A stretch of 64,000 bases of DNA from Myxococcota bacterium (lineage in GTDB: Bacteria; Myxococcota_A; Polyangia; Polyangiales; Sandaracinaceae), in the NCBI GenBank assembly GCA_036149055.1, contig JAYZQJ010000262.1, forward strand, positions 1 through 64,000. The letters are read 5' to 3'. Of this stretch, positions 1 through 10,909 are shown one piece after another; within the stretch, counting starts at the first letter, position 1, and each line of letters begins with the position of its first letter. The notes under the pieces are model-generated. The model was not told the DNA's origin, did not search any database, and saw nothing but the letters and a program-made list of their open reading frames with translations. Both the position numbers and the translations under genes were made by a program.

Positions 1-132
1 AGGGCCCCCAGCGCCCCGTCGCTGGGGTCGCGGCGCGAGCGCGAAGCGCGACGCGCCGGCGGAGTCGGGAGGGGGGCCCCATTGGCGCTTTGCCCAATGG
101 GGGGAGGGTTTGCACCAAACCCTCCAAAAAGC
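1..132. repeat. REP-like composite palindromic intergenic element, copy A (truncated by window edge)
   Basis: nt 11-80 align closely with 32834-32896 (gcgccccg-cgctggggtcgcg...gcgacgcg...cggagt...ggggggcccc); perfect hairpin GGAGGGTTTG-CAC-CAAACCCTCC at 103-125 abuts the stop codon at 133. Confidence 0.7.
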
Positions 133-828
133 TCAGCCCGCGGACTGACTATGCGGCGCGTGACGCGCGGGCGCGGCCGGATCGAGGCGCCGGTAGCTCT
201 CGTCGCGGTCGCGCAGGATCTCGTCCATGCGCGCCCGCACCGCGGCCACGCCGAGCCGGCACACCGCCTCGTGGTTGAGCTCGGCGATGCGCTCGTGCAG
301 CGGCCGCTTGGCCGGCGCGTCGAGGAGCGCGCCCAGATCCATCGCGTCGGGATCGAAGAAGGCGGTGCCGGTCGGGCTGCCGCGGCGGATGCGGTCGAGC
401 ACGTCGAGGCGCGTCAGCTGCAAGGTCGGGTCGGGCGTCCGGCGCACGAACGGCGTGAGCCGCTCCGGGCAGGAGAGATCGGCGTCGGCGTCGGGGTGGA
501 AGCCCTCGATCGCGAGCACCGGCGCGCCGCCCCGCGCCGCCGCGTGGGCCTTGCGCAGGTGCTCCACCCAGCGGCCGAGCTTGGGGCGGCTGAGGGTGAC
601 GCGCGGGAAGAGCACGAAGCCGACCTCGACCGTCGGGTCGTCGGCGAGCGCCTCGACCGCGCCGAGCACCTCCGCGTCGGTCGGGATGGGGGCGCCGATC
701 GGGACCTCGCGGGTGTGACCGTCGAGCCGGGCCCGGCTCGCGTAGGGGCAGAAGCCGAGCGCCTCCACGATCTCGACCGCGTAGCGCCGGTAGACCCGGA
801 CCGCCTCCTGCGCGAGCGGATCGGTCAC
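133..828 (-). CDS. DUF1415-family protein
   Basis: LGFCPYA, FHP and FVRRTPDPTLQL motifs resemble DUF1415 (LNLCPFA/FHP/NRSPYPMLHL); normal globular composition. Confidence 0.7.
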   Translation of the reverse strand: MTDPLAQEAVRVYRRYAVEIVEALGFCPYASRARLDGHTREVPIGAPIPTDAEVLGAVEALADDPTVEVGFVLFPRVTLSRPKLGRWVEHLRKAHAAARGGAPVLAIEGFHPDADADLSCPERLTPFVRRTPDPTLQLTRLDVLDRIRRGSPTGTAFFDPDAMDLGALLDAPAKRPLHERIAELNHEAVCRLGVAAVRARMDEILRDRDESYRRLDPAAPARHAPHSQSAG

Positions 829-1038
829 TCAGACCCCGTTCCCGGTCAGCCGCTGCAGGATCCGCTGGAGCTCGCCGACCGAGAGGTCCACGTGCTCGAC
901 GACGCGCCCGTAGAGGAGCGCGGTCGGCACGTGCCGCCCCGGGCGCTCCTTCTGCGCCTCGTGCAGCTGCCAGAGGACCACCCGCTCCACGCGGGTCAGC
1001 CCGTCCCGCGCGTCCGGGATCCGATCAGGGTCACTCAC
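829..1038 (-). CDS. 69-aa protein resembling the GyrA/ParC N-terminal winged-helix segment
   Basis: IPDARDGLTRVERVVLW resembles Gyr[18 protein letters not shown]; stop abuts the GTG of the downstream gene. Confidence 0.7.
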   Translation of the reverse strand: MSDPDRIPDARDGLTRVERVVLWQLHEAQKERPGRHVPTALLYGRVVEHVDLSVGELQRILQRLTGNGV

Positions 1039-1050
1039 GCCCGGAAGTAT

Positions 1051-1821
1051 TCACAGTCCGAGGTGACGCTGCACGGTGGACACGAAGTTGTGCACCATCT
1101 GCGGGTTCTCGCCGGCGAAGACGAGCGCGACCATGTCGACGCCGACCGCGCTGTTCTGGTCCGCCCACGCCTGGGCGCTCCCCGCCGGCAAGCCGATGCG
1201 AGGCCCGAACTCGAGCAGGTCGTGAGAGAAGGCGCGCGGGCCGCCGACCGCCACCTGCGCGACGTGAGCGCGGGCCGCCGGGCCCTGCGCCAGCGCCCAG
1301 GTCCAGGCGTCGAGCTGCACGAGGGTCGCGTCGCCGAGCGCGTGGATCGCGCGCCCGCCCGCGCCCGCCTCGGCCGCCGGCGCAGAGCCATGGCGCGCGG
1401 CCGCGATCTGGAGCGCCTGCGCGAAGTCACCGTCGGCGTAGCGGCCGCTGAAGAAGAGCACGCCGCCCTGCCCCGAGGCGAGGCCCGGATCCGGCAGGAA
1501 CGCGCCGACCGCCGCGTCGGTCCGGTCGAGGAGCGCGCGGAGCGTCGCCGACTCCGCGCTCAGGCCGAGCTCGGTGGCCAGCTCGGCGCTGATGCGCTGG
1601 TAGCGCGCCGGGTCCTGCCGCACGCGCGAGAGGTCGGCGTGCAGGGCCACCACCGCGGTGGGCGGCACCATCGCGACCAGGTCGACCGGGCCGCCGGGCC
1701 GCGGCGTCCCGGCCGCCGCCGTCGCCGCCTCCGAGCCCGAGCCCGCGCCCGAGCCGGTCGCCGCGCGACCTCCGCCGCAAGCCGTCGCCAGGATCGCCAA
1801 CCAGAGCACGGTCGTTCGCAT
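1051..1821 (-). CDS. Hypothetical lipoprotein
   Basis: MRTTVLWLAILATAC lipobox signal; ATG at 1821 (alternative 1833). Confidence 0.75.
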   Translation of the reverse strand: MRTTVLWLAILATACGGGRAATGSGAGSGSEAATAAAGTPRPGGPVDLVAMVPPTAVVALHADLSRVRQDPARYQRISAELATELGLSAESATLRALLDRTDAAVGAFLPDPGLASGQGGVLFFSGRYADGDFAQALQIAAARHGSAPAAEAGAGGRAIHALGDATLVQLDAWTWALAQGPAARAHVAQVAVGGPRAFSHDLLEFGPRIGLPAGSAQAWADQNSAVGVDMVALVFAGENPQMVHNFVSTVQRHLGL

Positions 1822-1860
1822 CGCGCGCACCATACCAGAGAAGGCGGGGCGATCTTCCCT

Positions 1861-3819
<1,959 letters not shown>

Positions 3820-3874
3820 CGAACGGAGAGTAGAGCACAGGACGGTCGGCGCTCGCTCGTGGTAGGACCGGACG

Positions 3875-5191
3875 GTGGGCCGACGTCCGCGCGCCGCGAT
3901 CGCCATCGCCCTCCTCCTCGCCTCCGCCTGCGGCGCGGAGCGCGCGGCGCTGGTCGAGCTGGTCCCGGAGTCCCGCGGCGACGGGATGTGCGTGTGGGCC
4001 TTCGGCGACGGCGAGCAGGTGTTCGCCGAGCGCTACCCGACCGAGCGCGGGGCGATGGCGCCGCCCGAGGGCTCGCTCACCTTCGTGGCCGGCCCGCGGG
4101 TCTCGCGCGAGGTCGTGGTGGGCGCCCGGGTGCTGCGCGGCGGCGCGGTGGTGGGCGAGGCGCGCGCCCGGATCCCCTTCACCGACGGCGTCACCGAGCG
4201 GACCCTGCGCGTCGCGCGCTGCGCGCCCTTCGATCCCGGCCCCGCCCTCCCCCTCGAGGCGGCCGGCGCGCTCGGCGCGGGCGACGTGACGGCGATGATC
4301 GCAGGCGACGTCGACGGGGACGGCCGGGACGAGCTGATCGGGGTCGCGGCCGACGGCGCGCTGCACGTGCTCCACCTCGACGCGCCGGGCGCGGTGAGCG
4401 AGGCGGCGTTCGCGGCGCCGGCCGGCGCCCGGCTCGGCGCGCTCGCCGATCTGGACGGAGACTGCGCGCTCGACGGCGTGCTGGTCGGGGACGAGACCCG
4501 CCTGATCGACGCGATCGGCGTGGCGCCGAGCAGCTCGGGCGCGCTCCCTTCCGCCCGGGACGCGGCGGTCGGCGCGCCGACCGGGCTGCCCGCGCTGGTG
4601 CGGGTGGACGCCGAGGCCCTCACCGTCGCGCCCACCGGCGCCGGCGCGCCGCGCTCGGTGGCCGGGGCGTTCGACCACGTCGCGGTGGACGACCTCGACG
4701 GGGACGGGCGGGACGACGTCGTGGCGAGCGGGGCCGCCGGGACCCGGCTCTTCCTCGGCGGCGACGGCGCGCTGACCGAGCGGGAGGACGCCCTGCCCGC
4801 GATCGTGCGCGGCGCGACGGGTCCCCTGGCGCTGGTCGACGCGGACGGCGACGGCGACGTGGACCTCGTCACCAGCCTCGGGCTCGAGGCGCGGCTCGCG
4901 GTGAACCGGGGCGACGGGCTGCTCGAGCTGCGCGGCGGCCCGATCGCGCTGGACGCCGACGTCACGCGCGCGGTGGCCGGCGACGTCGACGGGGACTGCG
5001 CCGACGAGCTGGTCCTGGTGGGCGCCGACGGGAGCGTGGTGGTGGCGAGCTTCCGGGACGGCGCGCTCACCGCGCGGGCGGAGACCTGGCCGACCACGCT
5101 CGACGCGGCGATCGGCGACCTCGACGGCGACGGGCTGCGAGAGCTCGCGCTCCTGACGCCCGAGGGCGACGTCTGGTGGTGGCGCCCGTGA
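3875..5191 (+). CDS. FG-GAP/VCBS repeat lipoprotein
   Basis: LLLASAC lipobox; repeated GDVDGDGRDE / DLDGDG Ca-binding repeats. Confidence 0.85.
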   Translation: MGRRPRAAIAIALLLASACGAERAALVELVPESRGDGMCVWAFGDGEQVFAERYPTERGAMAPPEGSLTFVAGPRVSREVVVGARVLRGGAVVGEARARIPFTDGVTERTLRVARCAPFDPGPALPLEAAGALGAGDVTAMIAGDVDGDGRDELIGVAADGALHVLHLDAPGAVSEAAFAAPAGARLGALADLDGDCALDGVLVGDETRLIDAIGVAPSSSGALPSARDAAVGAPTGLPALVRVDAEALTVAPTGAGAPRSVAGAFDHVAVDDLDGDGRDDVVASGAAGTRLFLGGDGALTEREDALPAIVRGATGPLALVDADGDGDVDLVTSLGLEARLAVNRGDGLLELRGGPIALDADVTRAVAGDVDGDCADELVLVGADGSVVVASFRDGALTARAETWPTTLDAAIGDLDGDGLRELALLTPEGDVWWWRP

Positions 5192-6033
5192 CGCGCGCGC
5201 TTCAGGCGCTGACGCTCGCGGCGGCGGTGCTCCTCGGCGCCGCGAGCGCGGCGGCGCAGGACGCGGAGGTCGCGCACCTCGTCGAGGAGGGGCGCGCGCA
5301 CTACCGCGAGCTCGAGTACCTCGACGCGATCGACGTGCTCCGGCGCGCGCTCGCCTCGGAGACCGCCACCGACGCGCAGCGGGCCGAGGCGCTCGAGGTG
5401 CTCGGCGCGACCTACGTCATCCTCGACCGCGACCGCGAGGCCCGCGAGACGTTCGAGGAGCTGTTCGCCATCGACCCGTACCACCCGGTGCGCGAGCCGA
5501 CCGGCTCCCCGAAGATCGCGCGCTTCGTGGCCCGGGTGCGGGCCGAGCTCGTGCCGGACGCGGCGCTCGACCCGGAGGTGACGCTGCGCGCCGAGCTGCC
5601 GCGGGCGGGCCGGGTCGGCGAAGACCTACGGGTGCGGCTGCGGGTGTCGAGCCCGGGCGCGATCGCGCGGGTCCGGCTGTTCGTGCGCGGAGCGGACGCG
5701 CCCGCCTTCGTCGGGCTCGACGCCGCGCCCGAGGGCGACGCGCTGTTCCTCGCCGTGATCCCCGCCCGGCCGCGGAGCGACGAGCTGGAGCTCTACGCGA
5801 TGGGCCGGGACGACGCGGAGCGGGTCGTGGCGCGCGCGGGCTCGCCGCTCTCGCCGCTCGTCCTCCCGGTCAGCCTCCCGGAGGACGCGCCGCTCGTGGA
5901 GCAGTGGTGGCTGTGGACCGCGGTCGGCGGGGGGATCGCCCTCGCGGTCGTGCTCGGCGTGGCGCTCGGCGTCTCGTCGGGGCAGGCGGCGCCGAGCGGC
6001 ACCCTGCCTCCGGGTCGTGTCGAGTTGCCTTGA
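5188..6033 (+). CDS. Secreted TPR protein with C-terminal membrane anchor
   Basis: GTG overlaps upstream TGA (GTGA); signal peptide ending AAAQ; TPR helices; EQWWLWT-TM tail typical of myxobacterial TPR/PEGA proteins. This is the real C-terminal part of track ORF 82..6033. Confidence 0.82.
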   Translation: MTRALQALTLAAAVLLGAASAAAQDAEVAHLVEEGRAHYRELEYLDAIDVLRRALASETATDAQRAEALEVLGATYVILDRDREARETFEELFAIDPYHPVREPTGSPKIARFVARVRAELVPDAALDPEVTLRAELPRAGRVGEDLRVRLRVSSPGAIARVRLFVRGADAPAFVGLDAAPEGDALFLAVIPARPRSDELELYAMGRDDAERVVARAGSPLSPLVLPVSLPEDAPLVEQWWLWTAVGGGIALAVVLGVALGVSSGQAAPSGTLPPGRVELP

Positions 6034-6038
6034 GGCGC

Positions 6039-6245
6039 TCAGCGGAGCAGGTGCACGTACTTCTGCATCTGCCGCTGCGGGATCTCGAAGACGTCGTCCT
6101 CCTGCACGTCCGCCTCCTCCTCGGGCGTGAGCCGCAGCCGCAGCACCTCGAGGGCGTCCTCGGCGCTCTTGCCCCAGCTCAGCTTGCGGCCGCCGGAGCG
6201 CAGCGCGAACAGGTACAGGCGATGTCGATGTCGAAAGCTGCTCAT
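6039..6245 (-). CDS. Small hypothetical protein (68 aa)
   Basis: GAGGGGG RBS upstream of ATG; 13 nt downstream of the radical SAM gene; non-shadow composition. Confidence 0.75.
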   Translation of the reverse strand: MSSFRHRHRLYLFALRSGGRKLSWGKSAEDALEVLRLRLTPEEEADVQEDDVFEIPQRQMQKYVHLLR

Positions 6246-6258
6246 GGTTCCCCCCTCG

Positions 6259-7923
6259 TCAGGCTTTCTGGACCAGGTCGGCGAGCGTGCCGCCCCAGTT
6301 GAGCCGGATCGGGCGCGCGCGGTCCTCGGCCGAGAGCCCCTCCGCGATCCACGCGTCGTGCTCGCCGCGCAGCAGCTCGCGGTAGAAGCCGTAGTCGACG
6401 CCCGCGACCTTCTCGTCGTGTGGGTTCCGCTCGTGATCGCCCTGGATCAGGTTCTTGTTCTCGGCGATGAGCTGGTGGCCGAGCGCCGACCCCGGGTACG
6501 GCGCGTAGAAGGCGATGGACGGCGTGCCCCGCTTCATCGTCTTGACCATGCGCACCGTCTTGATGGCGTCGACGGGCCGCTCGCCCGGGATGGCCAGCAT
6601 CACGTTCGACCAGAGCGTCACCGGCTCCTCGCCCGCGCGCTCCTGCTCGTCGCCGATGCGGTTGATGAGCTCGATGGTGAAGGCGTTCTCCGCCTCGGTG
6701 ACCTGCTTGTTGAGCATGCGCAGCACCGGATCGCTGCCGGACTCGAAGCCGATCGAGACGGTGCTCCAGTTCGTCTCGCGCACGAGGCGCTCGAACAGGT
6801 CCGGCCACTCGCACACGGTGTCGGCGCGGCCGGCCGCCCAGTAGGGCCACGGGCGGTGCGCGCGCTTCGGGTAGAGCTCGAGCCACTGCTTCAGCCAGCT
6901 CGGGTGCTGGAAGAACATCGAGTCGTGGATGACGACGCTGTTGATGCCGTACTCGTCGTCGAGCGCGTTGAGCTCGTCGATGACCTGCTCGACGGGGCGT
7001 CGCCCCATGTTCGGGATGTAGGAGCTCTCGTTGCAGAAGCTGCACTGCCAGGGGCAGACCCGGCTCGTGAGCACCGTCGCGACCGGCCGCGGGCCCCAGC
7101 CGAGACCGGGCTCGAGCGGCCACTGCGACTTGTACTGGAGCCGGAGCGACGCCGGCTTGGGCCAGAGGGTCCGGTCGATGTTCGGCCACTCCGCCATCGA
7201 CGCCGCGCCCTGCCCCTCGAAGACCCGCGGGAACGACTCCGGGCGGGTCACCAGGTCGACGATGATCTTCTCGCCGGGCCCCGTGCACACGTGATCGAAG
7301 ACGTCGGTCGCGATCATCTCGTCCGGCGAGACCGCCGCGTGCATGCCCCCGGTGACCACCCGGCCGTTCGGGTTCAGCTCCTTGAAGATGGCCGCCGCCC
7401 GCGCCGCCTGGGAGTACGTGTAGCTGCGCACGTTCATGATCAGCATGTCGTAGCCGCGCAGCTGCCGGCGCACGCCCTCCCACGTCCGCACGGTGCGGGT
7501 GGAGGCGAGGTCGGTGGAGACGCCGGCCTGCTTCAGGATCGTGCGCAGGAGCCCGAGGCCGTGGTCCTGGAAGGTGCCCGCGTCGTCGAAGTCGATGAGG
7601 TCCCCGAAGTCGCCGAGGTCGAGCCACACCCTCGGGCTCCGGGGCGCGGGCCGCGACACCGACCGGGCGATGGCGCGGAGCGGCTTGGTCACCCCCTCGA
7701 GGCCGTGCCGCTGCACCTCCCGCCCCAGGTCGCGGGCCATGTGGCGATGCTCCCGCACCGTCTTCCACAAGTTCGGGACCCGCTGCCGGACCGCGTCCTT
7801 CAGCGACCGCACCCGCCCGTCCGGCGCCGGCGCCGTGAACGAGCGAGGCAGCCCGGTCCCCCACCGCGGCGCGTCGGACGGAGACCCGCCCTCGCGGCCG
7901 ATCACCCTCAGCCGTCTCTTCAT
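6259..7923 (-). CDS. B12-binding domain radical SAM protein
   Basis: SRVCPWQCSFC (CxxxCxxC); GGMHA B12-domain motif; IGFESG; ATG at 7923 with GAAGGGGG RBS. Confidence 0.9.
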   Translation of the reverse strand: MKRRLRVIGREGGSPSDAPRWGTGLPRSFTAPAPDGRVRSLKDAVRQRVPNLWKTVREHRHMARDLGREVQRHGLEGVTKPLRAIARSVSRPAPRSPRVWLDLGDFGDLIDFDDAGTFQDHGLGLLRTILKQAGVSTDLASTRTVRTWEGVRRQLRGYDMLIMNVRSYTYSQAARAAAIFKELNPNGRVVTGGMHAAVSPDEMIATDVFDHVCTGPGEKIIVDLVTRPESFPRVFEGQGAASMAEWPNIDRTLWPKPASLRLQYKSQWPLEPGLGWGPRPVATVLTSRVCPWQCSFCNESSYIPNMGRRPVEQVIDELNALDDEYGINSVVIHDSMFFQHPSWLKQWLELYPKRAHRPWPYWAAGRADTVCEWPDLFERLVRETNWSTVSIGFESGSDPVLRMLNKQVTEAENAFTIELINRIGDEQERAGEEPVTLWSNVMLAIPGERPVDAIKTVRMVKTMKRGTPSIAFYAPYPGSALGHQLIAENKNLIQGDHERNPHDEKVAGVDYGFYRELLRGEHDAWIAEGLSAEDRARPIRLNWGGTLADLVQKA

Positions 7924-7998
7924 ACACCCCCCTTCCGCTGAACCTACGTCCCGCGCGGAGGTGTCAATCCCCACCGCTGGGGGACCCGCGAACGGGCG

Positions 7999-9243
7999 TC
8001 AGCGAAGGTTGTGCTTCTTGGCGAGGCGCGCGAGGTGGTTGCGGTCCACGCCCGCCTCCTGCGCGGCCCGGGAGACGTTGCCGTCGTGGCGCTCGAGGAG
8101 GGTCATCACGTAGCGCTTCTCGAACGCGTCGAGGAGCTTCTCCTTGGCGCGCTTGAAGGGCAGCTGCACGAGGTCCTCGGTCACCGCCACCTGGTGCGGG
8201 GCCGGCGGCGGCACGCTCGCCCGGTCGCTGGTGAGCAGGGTCTCCTCGATCATGCGCCGCAGCTCCCGCACGTTGCCGGGGAAGTCGTGGGCGCGGAGCA
8301 GCCCGAGCTCGGACGGGGTGAGCCCGACGTCCGGGTAGCCGATGTCGCGGATGAGGTCGTGCACCAGGCGCGGCAGATCCTCGAGCCGGTCCCGGAGCGG
8401 GGGCACCTCGACCCGCACCGCCGCGAGCGAGAACCAGAGATCGCGCCGCAGCGATCCGGCCTCGACCTGGGCGCGGAGGTCGCCGCGGGCGAGCGCGATC
8501 GGGCGCGCGTCGATCGCGTGGCGCTCCCGGCGGTCGAGCGCCACCGCGAGCGCGTCCTGCACGGGCTTGGGCGCCTCGTCGACCCGGTCGAGCGCGAGGG
8601 TGCCGCCGCGGGCCCGCTCGAGCTCCTCGAGCACCGCCTCCGGCGAGAGCCCGGCCCGCAGATCCAGCTCGACGAAGGCGCCGCCGCGGCGGGCCGAGAG
8701 CTCGTGGACCGCGCGGGCCGCCTCGTTCTTGCCGACCCCCGGCTCGCCGAAGATCAGCACCGGCGCGTCGGTGGCCGCGACCCGCTCCAGCATCCCGTAG
8801 AGGCGGCGCATCGGCGCGCTCGCCCCGACCAGGCGCCCGAACCGCACCCGCTCCGACGGCGCCTCGGGGATCGGCACGTCGGCGGGCAACAGCTCCACCC
8901 GGGTGCGGCCGAGGCGGATCTCGGAGCCGGGCGAGACCACCACCGACTCGACCCGCGAGTCGCCGACGAAGGTGCCGTTGGTCGACTTCAGGTCCCGCAC
9001 CCGGACGCCCTCGGGGAGCAGCGCGAGCTCGGCGTGGTAGCGCGAGACGGTCGAGTCGCGGATCACGAGATCGGCGTCGGGGTGACTGCCGACCAGGATC
9101 GTGCCCGCCTCGAGCACGCGCTCGACCCCGCGGTCGTTGCCCGAGACCACCCGCACCAGCACCCGGCGCAGCACCAGGGCCCCGCCGGGATCGGTGCCGA
9201 GCATGCCGGTGTCGGGGCCGAGGCGCTGGGTTCCGGAGCTCAT
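7999..9243 (-). CDS. FHA + sigma54-activator-like AAA + Fis-HTH regulator (degenerate AAA)
   Basis: FHA (GS..VSRYH..STNGT); GEPGVGK; FPGNVREL; HTH NVSRAAQEAGVDR; lacks GAFTGA. Confidence 0.88.
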   Translation of the reverse strand: MSSGTQRLGPDTGMLGTDPGGALVLRRVLVRVVSGNDRGVERVLEAGTILVGSHPDADLVIRDSTVSRYHAELALLPEGVRVRDLKSTNGTFVGDSRVESVVVSPGSEIRLGRTRVELLPADVPIPEAPSERVRFGRLVGASAPMRRLYGMLERVAATDAPVLIFGEPGVGKNEAARAVHELSARRGGAFVELDLRAGLSPEAVLEELERARGGTLALDRVDEAPKPVQDALAVALDRRERHAIDARPIALARGDLRAQVEAGSLRRDLWFSLAAVRVEVPPLRDRLEDLPRLVHDLIRDIGYPDVGLTPSELGLLRAHDFPGNVRELRRMIEETLLTSDRASVPPPAPHQVAVTEDLVQLPFKRAKEKLLDAFEKRYVMTLLERHDGNVSRAAQEAGVDRNHLARLAKKHNLR

Positions 9244-9268
9244 GGGCGGACGCTTGGTAGCACGCGGC

Positions 9269-10498
9269 TCAGCGGCGGCGCAGCCCGAAGAGCGCGAGCA
9301 GCAGCCAGGCCACGCTCGCTGCGCCCCCCGCGGTCTCGCCCCGGCCGACCGCGCAGCCGCCGGATCCGGGCGGCGCCACCGACCCATCGACGGGCACGCC
9401 TCCGTCGCCCACCGGCCACGGGCCGGCGTCGCGCCCGAGGGGCGGCGGCGCGCAGGTCTCGCTCCCCTCGCCGGGCACCATGAACTGGCTGCACCAGGTC
9501 TCGCCGCCCGCCTCGACCGAGCACACCCGGCAGCTCGAGCGGAAGCCGTCGACCGACGCCCGCACCACGTAGTCCCGGGCCGGCAGGGTGAACGACCAGT
9601 AGGCCCGGTCGGTCAGGGTGCCGCCCTCGGCCGCGACGGTGCCGTCGCTCGTCTCGATCACGATGCGCGCGCCGACCAGGGGCCGGTTGTCGTCCATGCG
9701 CTCGACCACGCCGACGAGCTGCCCGGTCACGCCCGCGCTCAGATCGACCAGCGCCAGGAACGCGGCGCTCGCGCGGGAGGCGCCGTCGCTCGAGGCCACG
9801 ATCAGCCCGTCCTCGCGCGCCCACATCGCGCTCGTCGCGCCCTCCGCGACCCGCACCCCGTCGTGGGCGCCCGCGCCGGCGAGCAGCGCGCCGAGCCGCT
9901 GGTCCGACACGCCCTCGGCGTCGGCGGCCCAGCCGGCCGCGGTCACGATCACCAGGGTGCGGCCGTCCTCGCTGAGCCCGACGCCGGTGCGCGGGGCGCG
10001 CGCGCAGCCGTCTCCCCCGCAGGCGGCGGGCACGCCGTCGCGGAGGACCGGCACGCCCGACAGCACGTCGTGCATCCAGGGCTCGAGCGGCACCACCTGC
10101 TCGCCCGGCGCCAGCACCCCGGCCTGCCGCTCGTCGAGCGCGAGCACGCCGAGCCGCGGGTCGTCGGCGGTGGTGCCCCAGTGCTCTCCGGCGCCCACCG
10201 TGAGCCCGCGCGGCTCGAAGTCGGCGAAGCGGAAGGGGCCGGCCGGGACCGCGATCACCGCCCCCGAGACCACCGATCCGGCCCACGTCTCGACCACCGC
10301 GCCGCGCTCCATCGGGCGCGAGACCCGGGTGCCCACGTCGGCGGAGGCGAGATCGGCGGCGACCTCGATCCAGCGCGCCCCGTCCTCCGCGCAGCGGCGG
10401 AGCACCACCCCGACCGAGGGTGACTCGTCCGCTCCGCACTGCGCCTGGGCGGGAGCGGCCGCCGCCAGCCCGAGCGCGAGCGTGAAGAGGGCCCTCAT
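9269..10498 (-). CDS. Phosphodiester glycosidase (NAGPA/DUF2233-like) protein with carboxypeptidase-regulatory-like domain and MYXO-CTERM tail
   Basis: Signal peptide; RAPRTGVGLSEDGRTL motif; C-terminus GGCAVG...WLLLALFGLRRR. Confidence 0.75.
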   Translation of the reverse strand: MRALFTLALGLAAAAPAQAQCGADESPSVGVVLRRCAEDGARWIEVAADLASADVGTRVSRPMERGAVVETWAGSVVSGAVIAVPAGPFRFADFEPRGLTVGAGEHWGTTADDPRLGVLALDERQAGVLAPGEQVVPLEPWMHDVLSGVPVLRDGVPAACGGDGCARAPRTGVGLSEDGRTLVIVTAAGWAADAEGVSDQRLGALLAGAGAHDGVRVAEGATSAMWAREDGLIVASSDGASRASAAFLALVDLSAGVTGQLVGVVERMDDNRPLVGARIVIETSDGTVAAEGGTLTDRAYWSFTLPARDYVVRASVDGFRSSCRVCSVEAGGETWCSQFMVPGEGSETCAPPPLGRDAGPWPVGDGGVPVDGSVAPPGSGGCAVGRGETAGGAASVAWLLLALFGLRRR

Positions 10499-10540
10499 GA
10501 AGCGGTCAATGTCGCGCAAGATGGGGCTCGCGCCAAGGCG

Positions 10541-10909
10541 TCACCAGCCGAGGCGCTCGTAGCAGAAGAGGCCGAAGGCGAAGCTCGCGCCGTTGGCGAA
10601 GAGCGACCACAGCGCGGCGCGCGCGGGCGCGACGCCGAACACGCTCAACCAGAGGGCCTCGGCCCCGACCGCGAACGCCTCGCTGATCGCGACGTGGATC
10701 CACCAGTCGGTCGCCTGGTCTCCGGTGGGCGCGAGCGGCATCACGATCGCGGGGATCACGAACCACACCATCGGGTGCGTCATCGCGCTCGCCGCGAACC
10801 CCACCGCGAGGCGCCGACGCCAGCTGAGCGCGAGCCCGGGCGCCTGCGCGTGGATCGGCACCTCGACGATCTGCGTGAGCAGGAACGCCCGGATCCAGGC
10901 CTCGATCAC
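10541..10909 (-). CDS. Small integral membrane protein
   Basis: GTG overlaps upstream TGA; about 4 hydrophobic helices with TQIVEVP, THP, EA..VGAEA motifs. Confidence 0.75.
   Translation of the reverse strand: MIEAWIRAFLLTQIVEVPIHAQAPGLALSWRRRLAVGFAASAMTHPMVWFVIPAIVMPLAPTGDQATDWWIHVAISEAFAVGAEALWLSVFGVAPARAALWSLFANGASFAFGLFCYERLGW

Noticed and set aside
103..130. Hairpin plus A5 as an intrinsic terminator
   Set aside because: The U-run precedes the hairpin on the minus strand and an A-run follows it on the plus strand; treated as part of the repeat element instead
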